From an uncultured Pelagibacteraceae bacterium (GTDB lineage Bacteria > Pseudomonadota > Alphaproteobacteria > Pelagibacterales > Pelagibacteraceae): a stretch of DNA of 64,000 nt. Below, piece after piece: positions 19,769-29,391 of the stretch (positions within the stretch are counted from its first letter, which is position 1; each line of letters starts with the position of its first letter). Under the pieces are notes generated by a model. That model saw only the letters and a list, made by a program, of their open reading frames with translations, was not told the DNA's origin and made no database searches. Where the stretch lies: contig CACGFJ010000001.1 of the NCBI GenBank assembly GCA_902572225.1, forward strand, positions 4,477-68,476, written 5' to 3'. Position numbers and translations under genes: made by a program.

Positions 19769-20359
19769 ATGCATCCAGAACTATTATCATTAAGTTTATT
19801 TTTTTTTGTTACCAGTTGCTCACCTGGTCCAAATAATATTGTAGCATCTCATTCAGGTTTTAATCATGGAGTAAAAAAAACTATCCCTCTAATGTTAGGT
19901 GTTATATTTGGTTTTACCTCAATGCTATCTTTAGTCAATTTTGGGCTAATTAATATTTTTAAATTATACCCAATAATTCAAAAGATTTTAGTTTTTACTG
20001 GGTCTGCATTTTTAGTTTATTTGGCTTACAGAATTTCATTTTCTAAATCATCAAATCAAAAAGAAAAACTAGAACCTGTTAAATTTATAGAAACATTTCT
20101 TTTTCAATTCTTAAATCCTAAAGGAGTAATCGTTGCTATTATTGCAGTATCAACTTATATCGAATCTGGAGATAACTTTTTTACTTATTCTTTCTGGCTC
20201 CTAACTTCTGCCTTTTTCTTTGCTATATTTAGTATCTTATTCTGGACTTTAATTGGTAAATTTATGAGAAAATTCGCGACAAATGAGAAATTTATTAAAT
20301 TGTTCAATTATGTTATGTCAGCGCTTTTATTAGGCTGCATAGCTACATTTTATTATTAA
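19769..20359 (+). CDS. LysE/RhtB-family exporter
   Basis: SPGPNN, FQFLNPKG, multiple TM segments. Confidence 0.88.
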   Translation: MHPELLSLSLFFFVTSCSPGPNNIVASHSGFNHGVKKTIPLMLGVIFGFTSMLSLVNFGLINIFKLYPIIQKILVFTGSAFLVYLAYRISFSKSSNQKEKLEPVKFIETFLFQFLNPKGVIVAIIAVSTYIESGDNFFTYSFWLLTSAFFFAIFSILFWTLIGKFMRKFATNEKFIKLFNYVMSALLLGCIATFYY

Positions 20360-20361
20360 AT

Positions 20362-23031
20362 ATGAAACCAGGAGACAAAAACTCGTTCAATTCGTTAAGT
20401 AAAATTTCAGTTAACGGCAAAAGTTATAATTTTTACTCACTTAAAGAGGCTGAGAAAAATGGTTTAGCAGGTATATCAAAGCTTCCAAAATCATTGAAGG
20501 TCTTACTCGAGAATTTGTTAAGATTTGAAGACGATATAACGGTTAATAAAAATCAAATTGAAGCTATTAAAGATTGGTTAAAATCTAAAAGTTCTAATAC
20601 AGAAATTGCATATAGGCCTGCGAGAGTTTTACTTCAAGATTATACTGGAATTCCTGCGGTTGCAGATTTAGCTGCAATGAGAGAGGCTGTAAAAGAAAAA
20701 AATAAAGATCCAAGTACTATCAATCCATTATCATCAGTTGATTTGGTAATTGATCACTCTGTACAAGTAGATAAATTTGCAAACAAAAATTCATTAAAAG
20801 AAAATGTTGATATTGAATTTAATCGGAATGCTGAAAGATATTCTTTTCTTAAATGGGGGCAACAAGCATTCAATAATTTTAGAATAGTTCCTCCAGGAAC
20901 TGGGATATGTCATCAAGTCAATCTGGAATACCTTTCAAAAGTTGTTTGGAATGAAAAATATAAAGATAAAGAATACATATTTCCAGATACTTTGGTTGGA
21001 ACAGATAGTCATACAACTATGGTAAATGGCTTATCTGTTTTGGGTTGGGGAGTAGGCGGAATTGAAGCTGAGGCTGGAATGTTAGGTCAACCTATTTCAA
21101 TGTTAATTCCCGAAGTTATTGGATTTGAAATGAAGTCAAAAATGCCAGAGGGTACTACAGCAACTGATCTTGTTTTAACAGTAGTTAAAATGTTGAGAGA
21201 CAAGGGAGTTGTAGGAAAATTTGTTGAATTCTATGGCGAAGGACTAAAAAATCTGACTTTAGCAGATAGAGCTACTATAGCAAATATGGCACCTGAGTAT
21301 GGTGCAACTTGTGGTTTTTTCCCAATTGATGATGAAACTTTAAAATATTTAAAATTCTCAGGAAGAGATGATCAAAATGTTGAAATTGTAAAAAAGTATG
21401 CTCAAGAACAAGGACTTTGGGCAAGTTTAGATGTTGAATTTACAGACACACTATCTTTAGACATGTCAACTATAGTACCAACTATTTCTGGACCAAAACG
21501 TCCACAGGATAAAGTTCTACTTACTAACGCATCATCAAATTTTAAAAAAGTATTTTCAGAAATTACAAAAAAAAAAGAGCCAAATATTTACGATGTTGAA
21601 AAAGAAGATTTTAAAATAACCGATGGCGATGTGTTAATTGCTGCAATCACTTCTTGTACTAATACTTCCAATCCAAGTGTACTAATCGGAGCAGGTTTAC
21701 TAGCAAAAAATGCAATTGAAAAAGGTTTAATGACTAAGCCCTGGGTAAAAACATCTTTGGCACCTGGATCACAAGTAGTTACAGATTATCTAGAAAAAGC
21801 TGGGCTAAATATTTATTTAGATAAGTTAGGTTTTAATTTAGTTGGTTATGGATGTACCACTTGTATTGGTAATTCAGGTCCATTAGCCGATAATATCTCA
21901 GATTCCATAAAAAATAATAATATTTATGCTGTCTCGGTTTTATCTGGAAACAGAAACTTTGAAGGAAGAATTTCACCTTTAATAAAAGCAAATTATTTAG
22001 CGTCTCCGCCATTAGTCGTTGCTTATGCAATAGCAGGAACTATGAGATTTGATTTGTATAAGGATCCATTAGGTAAAGATAAAGATGGTAAAGATGTTTT
22101 TTTAAAAGATATATGGCCATCTAACAAAGAAATAGAAGAAACATTGAGAAATTCATTAAATGCAGAAATGTTTATAAAAAGATACTCAAATGTTTCTCAA
22201 GGACCAGAACAATGGCAAAAAATTAAAACAGAGGAAACCAATATTTATAATTGGGAAGATAATTCAACGTACGTAAAAAAACCTCCGTTTTTTGACAACC
22301 TTACTGATAAACCAGAAGGATTTAAAGAAATTAAGGATGCAAGACCACTATTAATATTGGGTGATAGCATTACCACCGATCATATTTCACCTGCTGGCTC
22401 TATACAAAAAGATAGTCCAACTGGAGAATATTTTATGAAACATCAAATACTTCCAAAAGACTATAATTCCTATGGAGCAAGAAGAGGGAATCATGAGGTT
22501 ATGATGAGAGGTACTTTTGCAAATATAAGAATTAGAAATGAAATGGCACCTGGCACTGAAGGTGGTTTTACAAAGTTGTACCCTGAGGAAAAAGTAATGC
22601 CAGTATATGACGCGGTTGTTGAATATAAAAAAAGAGGTACTGATTTAGTTGTCATTGGTGGTAAAGAGTATGGAACTGGTTCTTCTAGAGATTGGGCAGC
22701 CAAAGGAACTAAACTTTTAGGTGTAAAATCTGTTTTTGCAGAAAGTTTCGAAAGAATTCATAGATCAAATCTTATAGGAATGGGTATACTACCATTACAG
22801 TTTAAAGATGGAATAAATAGAACTAATCTAAAATTAGATGGCTCAGAACTATTTTCTATTATTGACTTAGAAAAAGGTATAGATCCTAGAGATGAAGTTG
22901 AAGTTGAAATCAAATACGTCTCTGGAGATATAAAGAGAATTAAAATGTTAAGTAGAATAGATACTAAGAACGAATTAGAGTATTACAAAAACGGTGGAAT
23001 TTTACAATATGTACTTAGGAACATGATTTAA
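20362..23031 (+). CDS. acnA: Aconitate hydratase A
   Basis: RVLLQDYTG, DSHTTM, AAITSCTNTSNP, GYGCTTCIGNSG, GSSRDWAAKG. Confidence 0.97.
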   Translation: MKPGDKNSFNSLSKISVNGKSYNFYSLKEAEKNGLAGISKLPKSLKVLLENLLRFEDDITVNKNQIEAIKDWLKSKSSNTEIAYRPARVLLQDYTGIPAVADLAAMREAVKEKNKDPSTINPLSSVDLVIDHSVQVDKFANKNSLKENVDIEFNRNAERYSFLKWGQQAFNNFRIVPPGTGICHQVNLEYLSKVVWNEKYKDKEYIFPDTLVGTDSHTTMVNGLSVLGWGVGGIEAEAGMLGQPISMLIPEVIGFEMKSKMPEGTTATDLVLTVVKMLRDKGVVGKFVEFYGEGLKNLTLADRATIANMAPEYGATCGFFPIDDETLKYLKFSGRDDQNVEIVKKYAQEQGLWASLDVEFTDTLSLDMSTIVPTISGPKRPQDKVLLTNASSNFKKVFSEITKKKEPNIYDVEKEDFKITDGDVLIAAITSCTNTSNPSVLIGAGLLAKNAIEKGLMTKPWVKTSLAPGSQVVTDYLEKAGLNIYLDKLGFNLVGYGCTTCIGNSGPLADNISDSIKNNNIYAVSVLSGNRNFEGRISPLIKANYLASPPLVVAYAIAGTMRFDLYKDPLGKDKDGKDVFLKDIWPSNKEIEETLRNSLNAEMFIKRYSNVSQGPEQWQKIKTEETNIYNWEDNSTYVKKPPFFDNLTDKPEGFKEIKDARPLLILGDSITTDHISPAGSIQKDSPTGEYFMKHQILPKDYNSYGARRGNHEVMMRGTFANIRIRNEMAPGTEGGFTKLYPEEKVMPVYDAVVEYKKRGTDLVVIGGKEYGTGSSRDWAAKGTKLLGVKSVFAESFERIHRSNLIGMGILPLQFKDGINRTNLKLDGSELFSIIDLEKGIDPRDEVEVEIKYVSGDIKRIKMLSRIDTKNELEYYKNGGILQYVLRNMI

Positions 23032-23675
23032 TGGATGAAGATATTGAAATAATAAATACCCAAACGCGTAATGAAAAAATTAAAAACTTTTTCATAAATA
23101 ATAAAAATTCTTTAATTTCGATATTAGTAATAATTATCTTGGCTTTAATTGGCTACTTTTCTTTTGAAGAATATCAATCTAGCAAAAGAGAAAAATTAGC
23201 TGATAAGTACGACTTAGCTGTAATAAGATATGAAGCTGATAATAAATATAATGTGATTCCAGATCTTAAAGAGGTGATTAATGCTAAAGACAAAACATAT
23301 TCTCCTCTAGCTTTTTATTTTTTGCTAGATAACGATTTGATAAATTCAAAAGAGGAAATTAACAATTATTTTGATATTTTAATAAACGATATTGGTTTAG
23401 ATAAAAAGTTTAAAGAGCTAACCATATTTAAAAAAGGCTTGTTTAATTCTGACTTTTCAGACGAAAATGAACTATTAGCTATTTTTAACCCTTTAATTAA
23501 AGCAGATAGTATATGGAAACCACATAGCCTTTATATTATGGCAGAATATTATTTGTCAAAAAATCAAATGCAAAAATCAAAAGAATTTTTTGAGCAAATA
23601 GTTAGTCTTGAAAATAATAACTCTAAAATAAAAGCCAAAGCTCAAAAAAGGCTAAGATCTAGTTTCAGTGAGTAG
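23031..23675 (+). CDS. YfgM-like membrane-anchored TPR-type protein
   Basis: Single N-terminal TM followed by a helical domain; lies directly upstream of a BamB-like gene. Confidence 0.6.
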   Translation: MDEDIEIINTQTRNEKIKNFFINNKNSLISILVIIILALIGYFSFEEYQSSKREKLADKYDLAVIRYEADNKYNVIPDLKEVINAKDKTYSPLAFYFLLDNDLINSKEEINNYFDILINDIGLDKKFKELTIFKKGLFNSDFSDENELLAIFNPLIKADSIWKPHSLYIMAEYYLSKNQMQKSKEFFEQIVSLENNNSKIKAKAQKRLRSSFSE

Positions 23676-24936
23676 GATAGTATTATATTTCGTCTTTTTA
23701 CTTTTATTATCAAGTTGTGGTCAAAGTGATAAATCTGTAGAAAATATTAATTCTAAAATTTTATTTGAAGAAATTAAACCAATTCAACAACAATTAAATC
23801 CCAATATACAAATAAATCTTTCTAAATTTGTTAAAGATAATAGTTTTATAAATAATAATACAAATAATAATGGAAATATAAACTTTAAGCCAACATTTGA
23901 AAAAAAGAAAACGTTTAAATTTTCAAAGATTAAACAGTTTAATTCAATCGATACAGATATTTTATTTATCAAAAATAATGATCTTATTTATTTTGATAAC
24001 AAAGGCACAATATTCAGAATTAATGAAAATTTTGAAACTTTGTGGAAAGTAAATCATTACTCAAAGAAAGAGAGAAAACTTAATCCAATATTATATTTTA
24101 ATTATATAGATAATAAAATTATTGCTACTGATACTCTTTCAAATATTTTTTCATTAAATTTAGATAATGGGGAATTAAACTGGAGGAAGGACAGTCTATC
24201 TCCATTTAATTCAAACATTGCTATAAAGAATGATAAATTTGTTACTGTTGATTTTGATAATGTAATTAGATGTTTCTCAATTGTAGATGGAAATGAATTA
24301 TGGAATTTTAAAACAGAAAACACATTCATTAAATCTCAAAAAAAATTATCTGTAATTATTATAGATGACATTGTTTATTCACTTAATAATTTAGGTGATC
24401 TTACGGCATTAAATATTAATGATGGGAGTTTAGTTTGGCAAACACCTACTCAGAGCAACGAAATATTCTTAAATGCATTTAGTCTAAAAAATTCAGAAAT
24501 GATTTTAAATAATGAAACAATATATTTTTCAAATAACAAAAATGAGCTATTCTCAATTGACACAAGAACTGGCATAGTAAAATGGAAACAAACTGTAAAT
24601 TCCAGTTTAAAGCCTACGATTTCTGAAAATTATATTTTTAATATTTCTGAGGAAGGATATCTATTTGTAATTGATACTGAGACTGGAAATATAATCAGGA
24701 TCACTGATGTTTTCTCAACATTTAAAAAAAGAGAAAAAATTACACCAGTAGGTTTTGTTATTGCTAAAAATAAAATTTATTTGTCTACCGATAATGGACG
24801 AATTTTGATTATTAATTTAACTAACTCTGAAACAGAGAAAGTAATTAAATTTAATAATGAAAAAATATCGAGGCCATTTATTAATAATGCTAATATTTTT
24901 TTAATCAAAAATAATGGAATTATAAGATCAAATTAA
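23668..24936 (+). CDS. PQQ-like beta-propeller lipoprotein (BamB-like)
   Basis: Lipobox LLSSC; repeated G...W propeller motifs (NGELNW, DGNELW, DGSLVW, TGIVKW). Confidence 0.75.
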   Translation: MSRIVLYFVFLLLLSSCGQSDKSVENINSKILFEEIKPIQQQLNPNIQINLSKFVKDNSFINNNTNNNGNINFKPTFEKKKTFKFSKIKQFNSIDTDILFIKNNDLIYFDNKGTIFRINENFETLWKVNHYSKKERKLNPILYFNYIDNKIIATDTLSNIFSLNLDNGELNWRKDSLSPFNSNIAIKNDKFVTVDFDNVIRCFSIVDGNELWNFKTENTFIKSQKKLSVIIIDDIVYSLNNLGDLTALNINDGSLVWQTPTQSNEIFLNAFSLKNSEMILNNETIYFSNNKNELFSIDTRTGIVKWKQTVNSSLKPTISENYIFNISEEGYLFVIDTETGNIIRITDVFSTFKKREKITPVGFVIAKNKIYLSTDNGRILIINLTNSETEKVIKFNNEKISRPFINNANIFLIKNNGIIRSN

Positions 24937-25367
24937 TGTTATTAAAATTTTTAGAAAAAATTGGAAGAAAAAAGGTAGTTTTAGATAGGGGACCGTCTCA
25001 CCCAAATTTTAATGAAGCTAAACCATGGATGAATAGATATTATTTATTATTTAGGAATAGACCAAAATGGTTTCCATTTAATATATTAATTCATGAAATG
25101 CTGGATGACGATCATGGGGATGGAGTTCATAATCATCTATTCCCTTATATTACAATAATTTTGAGAGGCGGTTATTGGGAAACTACTAAAAAAGGCAAGT
25201 TCTGGAGAAAACCTGGATATATTGGATTTAGATCAGCCAATGCATATCATAGAGTAGACCTTAAGCCAGGAACAAGGCCAATGACAATTTTTATCTCAGG
25301 ACCTTTTGGATTAAGAAAAGGACCAAGATCAGAATACGGTATTGATTTTAATTCAAAAAAGAATTAA
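24936..25367 (+). CDS. Hypothetical cupin-fold protein
   Basis: HNH..Y.TIILRGGYWE and YHRV resemble cupin metal-binding motifs 1 and 2. Confidence 0.6.
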   Translation: MLLKFLEKIGRKKVVLDRGPSHPNFNEAKPWMNRYYLLFRNRPKWFPFNILIHEMLDDDHGDGVHNHLFPYITIILRGGYWETTKKGKFWRKPGYIGFRSANAYHRVDLKPGTRPMTIFISGPFGLRKGPRSEYGIDFNSKKN

Positions 25368-26422
25368 TGCAAAAAAGTTTTGTTAAAGAGTTTAAACTCT
25401 ACTGCAAAAAAAAAAATTTAGATGTTAATTCTCATCAGATAAAACTCATAAAAACATTAGAAGAATATTATAAATTAAACTACAAATCATTTATCTCAAA
25501 AATTTTATCAAAAAAAAATTATAAAAAAGGCTTTTATCTTTATGGAGATGTTGGTGTCGGCAAAACTATGATATTAGATTTTTTTTTCAACTTAGTTGAA
25601 GGTAAAAAATTAAAACTTCACTTCAATGAGTTTATGCTTAGCTTTCACGACTTTGTACACCAATCCAAAGATAAAAATGATGAAAATAAATTAAGTAAAT
25701 TTGTTAAAAAATTAAAATCGAAAGCAAAATTAATATATTTTGACGAGTTTCAAGTTACAAATATAGTAGATGCAATGATACTTGGAAAATTATTTGATGA
25801 AATATTTAAAGAAGATTTAAAAATTATTGTAACTTCTAATATAAAAATAGAAAATTTGTACAAAGATGGGCTGCAAAGAGATCAATTCAAACCTTTTATA
25901 AAAATAATGCAAAAGCAATCATTTGAATATCAATTAAATATAGATGATGATTATAGAAAGTCCAAAGGTAATAAAACTCAAAGATATTACTCACCTTTAA
26001 ATCAAGAAAACAATTTTAAAATAAACAAATTATTTAGAGTGATGACTAAAGATAAGGTTTTAAAAGAAAAGATTTTAAATATTAAAGGAAGAAAATTTAT
26101 TTTAAAAAATTTTTATGATGGAATTGTTCGATTAACTTTTAAAGAAGTATGTGATAAAAATTTAGGATCAGAGGATTATATAAAAATAGTAAAAAATTGT
26201 TTTTTTATAGTTATGGAAAATGTACCAGCGTTTAATGATTTAAATTCAAATCAACAACAAAGATTTATTACTTTTTTAGATATCGTGTATGATCAAAATA
26301 TACCTATGGCCATTAGTGCAGAACAAAATATTGATAAACTCACATCATCAAGATTATTGGAAAAACCATTTAAGCGTACCATTAGCCGATTATATGAACT
26401 AACATCAAAAAAGTATTTATGA
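25367..26422 (+). CDS. zapE: AFG1/ZapE-family ATPase
   Basis: KGFYLYGDVGVGKT, HFNEFM, FDEFQVTNIVDAMILG, LYKDGLQR, RTISRLYE. Confidence 0.92.
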   Translation: MQKSFVKEFKLYCKKKNLDVNSHQIKLIKTLEEYYKLNYKSFISKILSKKNYKKGFYLYGDVGVGKTMILDFFFNLVEGKKLKLHFNEFMLSFHDFVHQSKDKNDENKLSKFVKKLKSKAKLIYFDEFQVTNIVDAMILGKLFDEIFKEDLKIIVTSNIKIENLYKDGLQRDQFKPFIKIMQKQSFEYQLNIDDDYRKSKGNKTQRYYSPLNQENNFKINKLFRVMTKDKVLKEKILNIKGRKFILKNFYDGIVRLTFKEVCDKNLGSEDYIKIVKNCFFIVMENVPAFNDLNSNQQQRFITFLDIVYDQNIPMAISAEQNIDKLTSSRLLEKPFKRTISRLYELTSKKYL

Positions 26423-26838
26423 GACAAGAATTTTTTAATCTTGAAATTAAAACAAATGGTCAAAAATTATACGAATTTACCGATCAAACCATAGACTGGA
26501 TAAATAAAAATAATTTTAATAATGGTATTTTAAATTTAAGCATACAGCACACTAGTGCATCTTTAATTGTTCAAGAAAATGCCGATCCTGATGTTCAATC
26601 AGATTTAATTAATTATTTTGATAAAATTGCTCCAATGGATAATAAATTATATATTCATACAATAGAAGGTAAGGACGATATGCCAGCTCATATAAAGTCA
26701 GCTTTAACTAACAATCAAATATCCCTCAGTATAAAAAACAAACAACTTTTGCTGGGAACTTGGCAAGGAATTTACCTTTTTGAACATAGGTTAGCTTCTA
26801 CAAAAAGGCTGATTATTCATCATTTTATTGGAGATTAA
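26419..26838 (+). CDS. yjbQ: YjbQ/UPF0047 family protein
   Basis: HTSASL..QENADPDV, EG.DDMPAHIK, LGTWQGIY. Confidence 0.92.
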   Translation: MRQEFFNLEIKTNGQKLYEFTDQTIDWINKNNFNNGILNLSIQHTSASLIVQENADPDVQSDLINYFDKIAPMDNKLYIHTIEGKDDMPAHIKSALTNNQISLSIKNKQLLLGTWQGIYLFEHRLASTKRLIIHHFIGD

Positions 26839-28253
26839 TTTTTTAAAGTTTGAAATGCTTTGAGAGCTGCATTTCTTGCTTCTTCATGTACAACTATTGG
26901 AGAAGGGTAATCAGAACCAATTTTAGTTTTTATAGCTTCTTGATATTTTGTTTCCATTTCCCATGGTTTATGAATAAATTTACTTGGAACTCTCTCTAGT
27001 TCAGGTACCCATTTTTTTACATACAAACCTTGTTTATCAAATTTTTCACCCTGCAATATAGGATTAAAAATTCTAAAATAAGGAGCTGCATCTGCACCAC
27101 AGCCAGCAACCCATTGCCATTGTGCAACATTGTTTGCTTCATTAAAATCTAACAAACAATTTTTAAAATGTTTTTCACCCTCTTTCCAATTAATTCTTAA
27201 ATGTTTTACAAGAAAAGAACCAACTACCATTCTAATTCTATTATGCATCCAACCTGTTTCATAAAGTTGTCTCATCCCAGCATCAACAATTGGGTATCCA
27301 GTCATACCATTTTTCCAAGCTTTCAAATTTTTTGCATTTTTATCCCATGGAAATTTATCAAATTCTTTTCTTAAATTACCTTTTAGCATTTCAGGAAAAT
27401 AATTAATTAAACTATGTGAAAATTCTCTCCAGCCTAATTCATTTAGATATTTTTTAACACTAATATTTTTTGATTTATATTTATAACATTTGTCCCAAAT
27501 ATTACTTACATGTATTTGTCCGTTTCTAATAAATGGAGAAAGTTTTGACGAACCATTTATAGCTGGATAATCTCTATCAACTCCATATTTCAACATTCTA
27601 TTTTCAACAAACTCATTTAAATATTTTTCGGATTGTTTTTCTGTTGGGTCCCAATATTTTTCAAATTTTTTATACCAATTTTCCTTTGGTAAAATTTGAT
27701 CTGGAACATTATTATTTTTGAATAATTTTATTTTGCTCTTAACTTTTTTTACATTTAATGATTTGTTTGGAATACTATCTAAGTAAATTTGCTCTCCAAC
27801 TCTCCAAAATGGACTATAAACTTTATAAGGGCTTCCATCATCTTTTGTAACATTATTATATTCATTAAGAACATTTCCTTTAAAGCATTTTGAAAGTATT
27901 TTTTTTTTTTCAAAAATTTTAATGAGATCATTATCTAACTTTAATTGAGATGGCTCATATATTTTATTCCAAAATACAGAAATTTCTTGTTTATCTTTGA
28001 TTTTACTAAAAAAAGTTATCTCATCAGAAAATACTAATTCTAATTCAATATTGTATTTAATTAATTCATCTTTAAAATTAATTAAAGATTTACTTACCCA
28101 CCATTTTTGAGCTTCTCTAACATCATCAAAATTTTCTTTGTTATAAATATATAATGCTGTGACAGTATCGTAATTATTTGTTGCATAAGATAATGCAGAA
28201 TTATTTTTTATTCTAAAATCGTCTCTTATCCAAACAACAGCTTTTTTTGACAT
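26835..28253 (-). CDS. phrB: Deoxyribodipyrimidine photolyase (class I CPD/cryptochrome family)
   Basis: WIRDDFR, SKLSPF, ELGWREF, TGYPIVDAGMRQL..TGWMHNR, WQWVAG, APYFRIFNP. Confidence 0.93.
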   Translation of the reverse strand: MSKKAVVWIRDDFRIKNNSALSYATNNYDTVTALYIYNKENFDDVREAQKWWVSKSLINFKDELIKYNIELELVFSDEITFFSKIKDKQEISVFWNKIYEPSQLKLDNDLIKIFEKKKILSKCFKGNVLNEYNNVTKDDGSPYKVYSPFWRVGEQIYLDSIPNKSLNVKKVKSKIKLFKNNNVPDQILPKENWYKKFEKYWDPTEKQSEKYLNEFVENRMLKYGVDRDYPAINGSSKLSPFIRNGQIHVSNIWDKCYKYKSKNISVKKYLNELGWREFSHSLINYFPEMLKGNLRKEFDKFPWDKNAKNLKAWKNGMTGYPIVDAGMRQLYETGWMHNRIRMVVGSFLVKHLRINWKEGEKHFKNCLLDFNEANNVAQWQWVAGCGADAAPYFRIFNPILQGEKFDKQGLYVKKWVPELERVPSKFIHKPWEMETKYQEAIKTKIGSDYPSPIVVHEEARNAALKAFQTLKN

Positions 28254-28258
28254 ATAAT

Positions 28259-29389
28259 TTACTTTCTGCCTTTAGATAGCAATTGTTTATAAAGTTTTAC
28301 ATCTGCATTACCTTCGCATCCAATAACTAAAACGTTAGATTTTTCGTTAAGATTTATTAATTTCTTTGTTTTAGCATTATTACAGAGACTAATAAGACTG
28401 ATAATTCCTGGTGTAGCACATTCACCACCTATTATTGATCTTTTGCCAAGTTTCTTGTCTTTTAGCATTGCAACAGTTTTGGCAACCTTTGTGTCATTTA
28501 CAGTAACGCAAAAATCACTAGCCTTTTTTAATACATGCCATGGTATGAGAGACATTTCATTGCATGACATGCCACCCATTATACTTTCTTTTTTTATTTT
28601 AATTTTTTTTAATCTTTTGCTTTTTATGCTTTGAAGTACGCAATCAGCTCCATCTGGCTCAACTATTATTATTTTAGGAATTCTCTTAAAATATTTTGCA
28701 ACTCCTGCTACCACACCTGCTGCCATCCCACCAACGCCAGCTTGAAGGAATATATGTGTAATATAATGCGTAGTTTGTTTTGAAATTTCTTTAATCATAA
28801 TTGAATAGCCAGCCATAGTTAACAAAGGAACATAACTATAATTCTTCGTAGATACATCTTGAACAATACTCCAATTGTTCTTTTTTGATAATTTTTTACA
28901 CTCGTTTAATGAATTTTCGTAATTACCTTTTACTCGAATTACATCGGCTCCAAATTTTTCAATTTCTTTTACTCTCTCATCACTTACATATTGACTAACA
29001 AAAATTTTACATTGTAAACCCAATCTTTGAGCACCCCAAGCAACTGATCTACCATGATTTCCAGCAGTTGCAGATGATATTATTATATTTTTTTTCTTTT
29101 TAGATATTTTTTCTACAGCATATGCTCCACCTAAAGCTTTAAATGATTTTAGATGAAATCTTTTTGATTCATCTTTATAAAAAATATTATTAAGCTTTAA
29201 ATTTTTGTTTAGTTTCTCTAATTTTAATAGTGGTGTTTTTTTGTAATTTTTCCAATTCGATATAGTTTTATTTGAATTCAATAGCAAGTTAGAATGTATA
29301 AGTTTTAGAATTCTTTTACGATCAAAGTTATAAGATTTATTAATTAGAAAATTAGAATATTTCCATTTAGAAATATTTTTTAAATTCAT
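28259..29389 (-). CDS. Diaminopropionate ammonia-lyase-like PLP enzyme (fold type II)
   Basis: KDESKRF.LKSFKALGG (PLP Lys), ATAGNHGRSVAWGA, QAGVGGMA, SIMGGMSC. Start placed at the ATG just after the gmaS stop. Confidence 0.8.
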   Translation of the reverse strand: MNLKNISKWKYSNFLINKSYNFDRKRILKLIHSNLLLNSNKTISNWKNYKKTPLLKLEKLNKNLKLNNIFYKDESKRFHLKSFKALGGAYAVEKISKKKKNIIISSATAGNHGRSVAWGAQRLGLQCKIFVSQYVSDERVKEIEKFGADVIRVKGNYENSLNECKKLSKKNNWSIVQDVSTKNYSYVPLLTMAGYSIMIKEISKQTTHYITHIFLQAGVGGMAAGVVAGVAKYFKRIPKIIIVEPDGADCVLQSIKSKRLKKIKIKKESIMGGMSCNEMSLIPWHVLKKASDFCVTVNDTKVAKTVAMLKDKKLGKRSIIGGECATPGIISLISLCNNAKTKKLINLNEKSNVLVIGCEGNADVKLYKQLLSKGRK

Positions 29390-29391
29390 TT

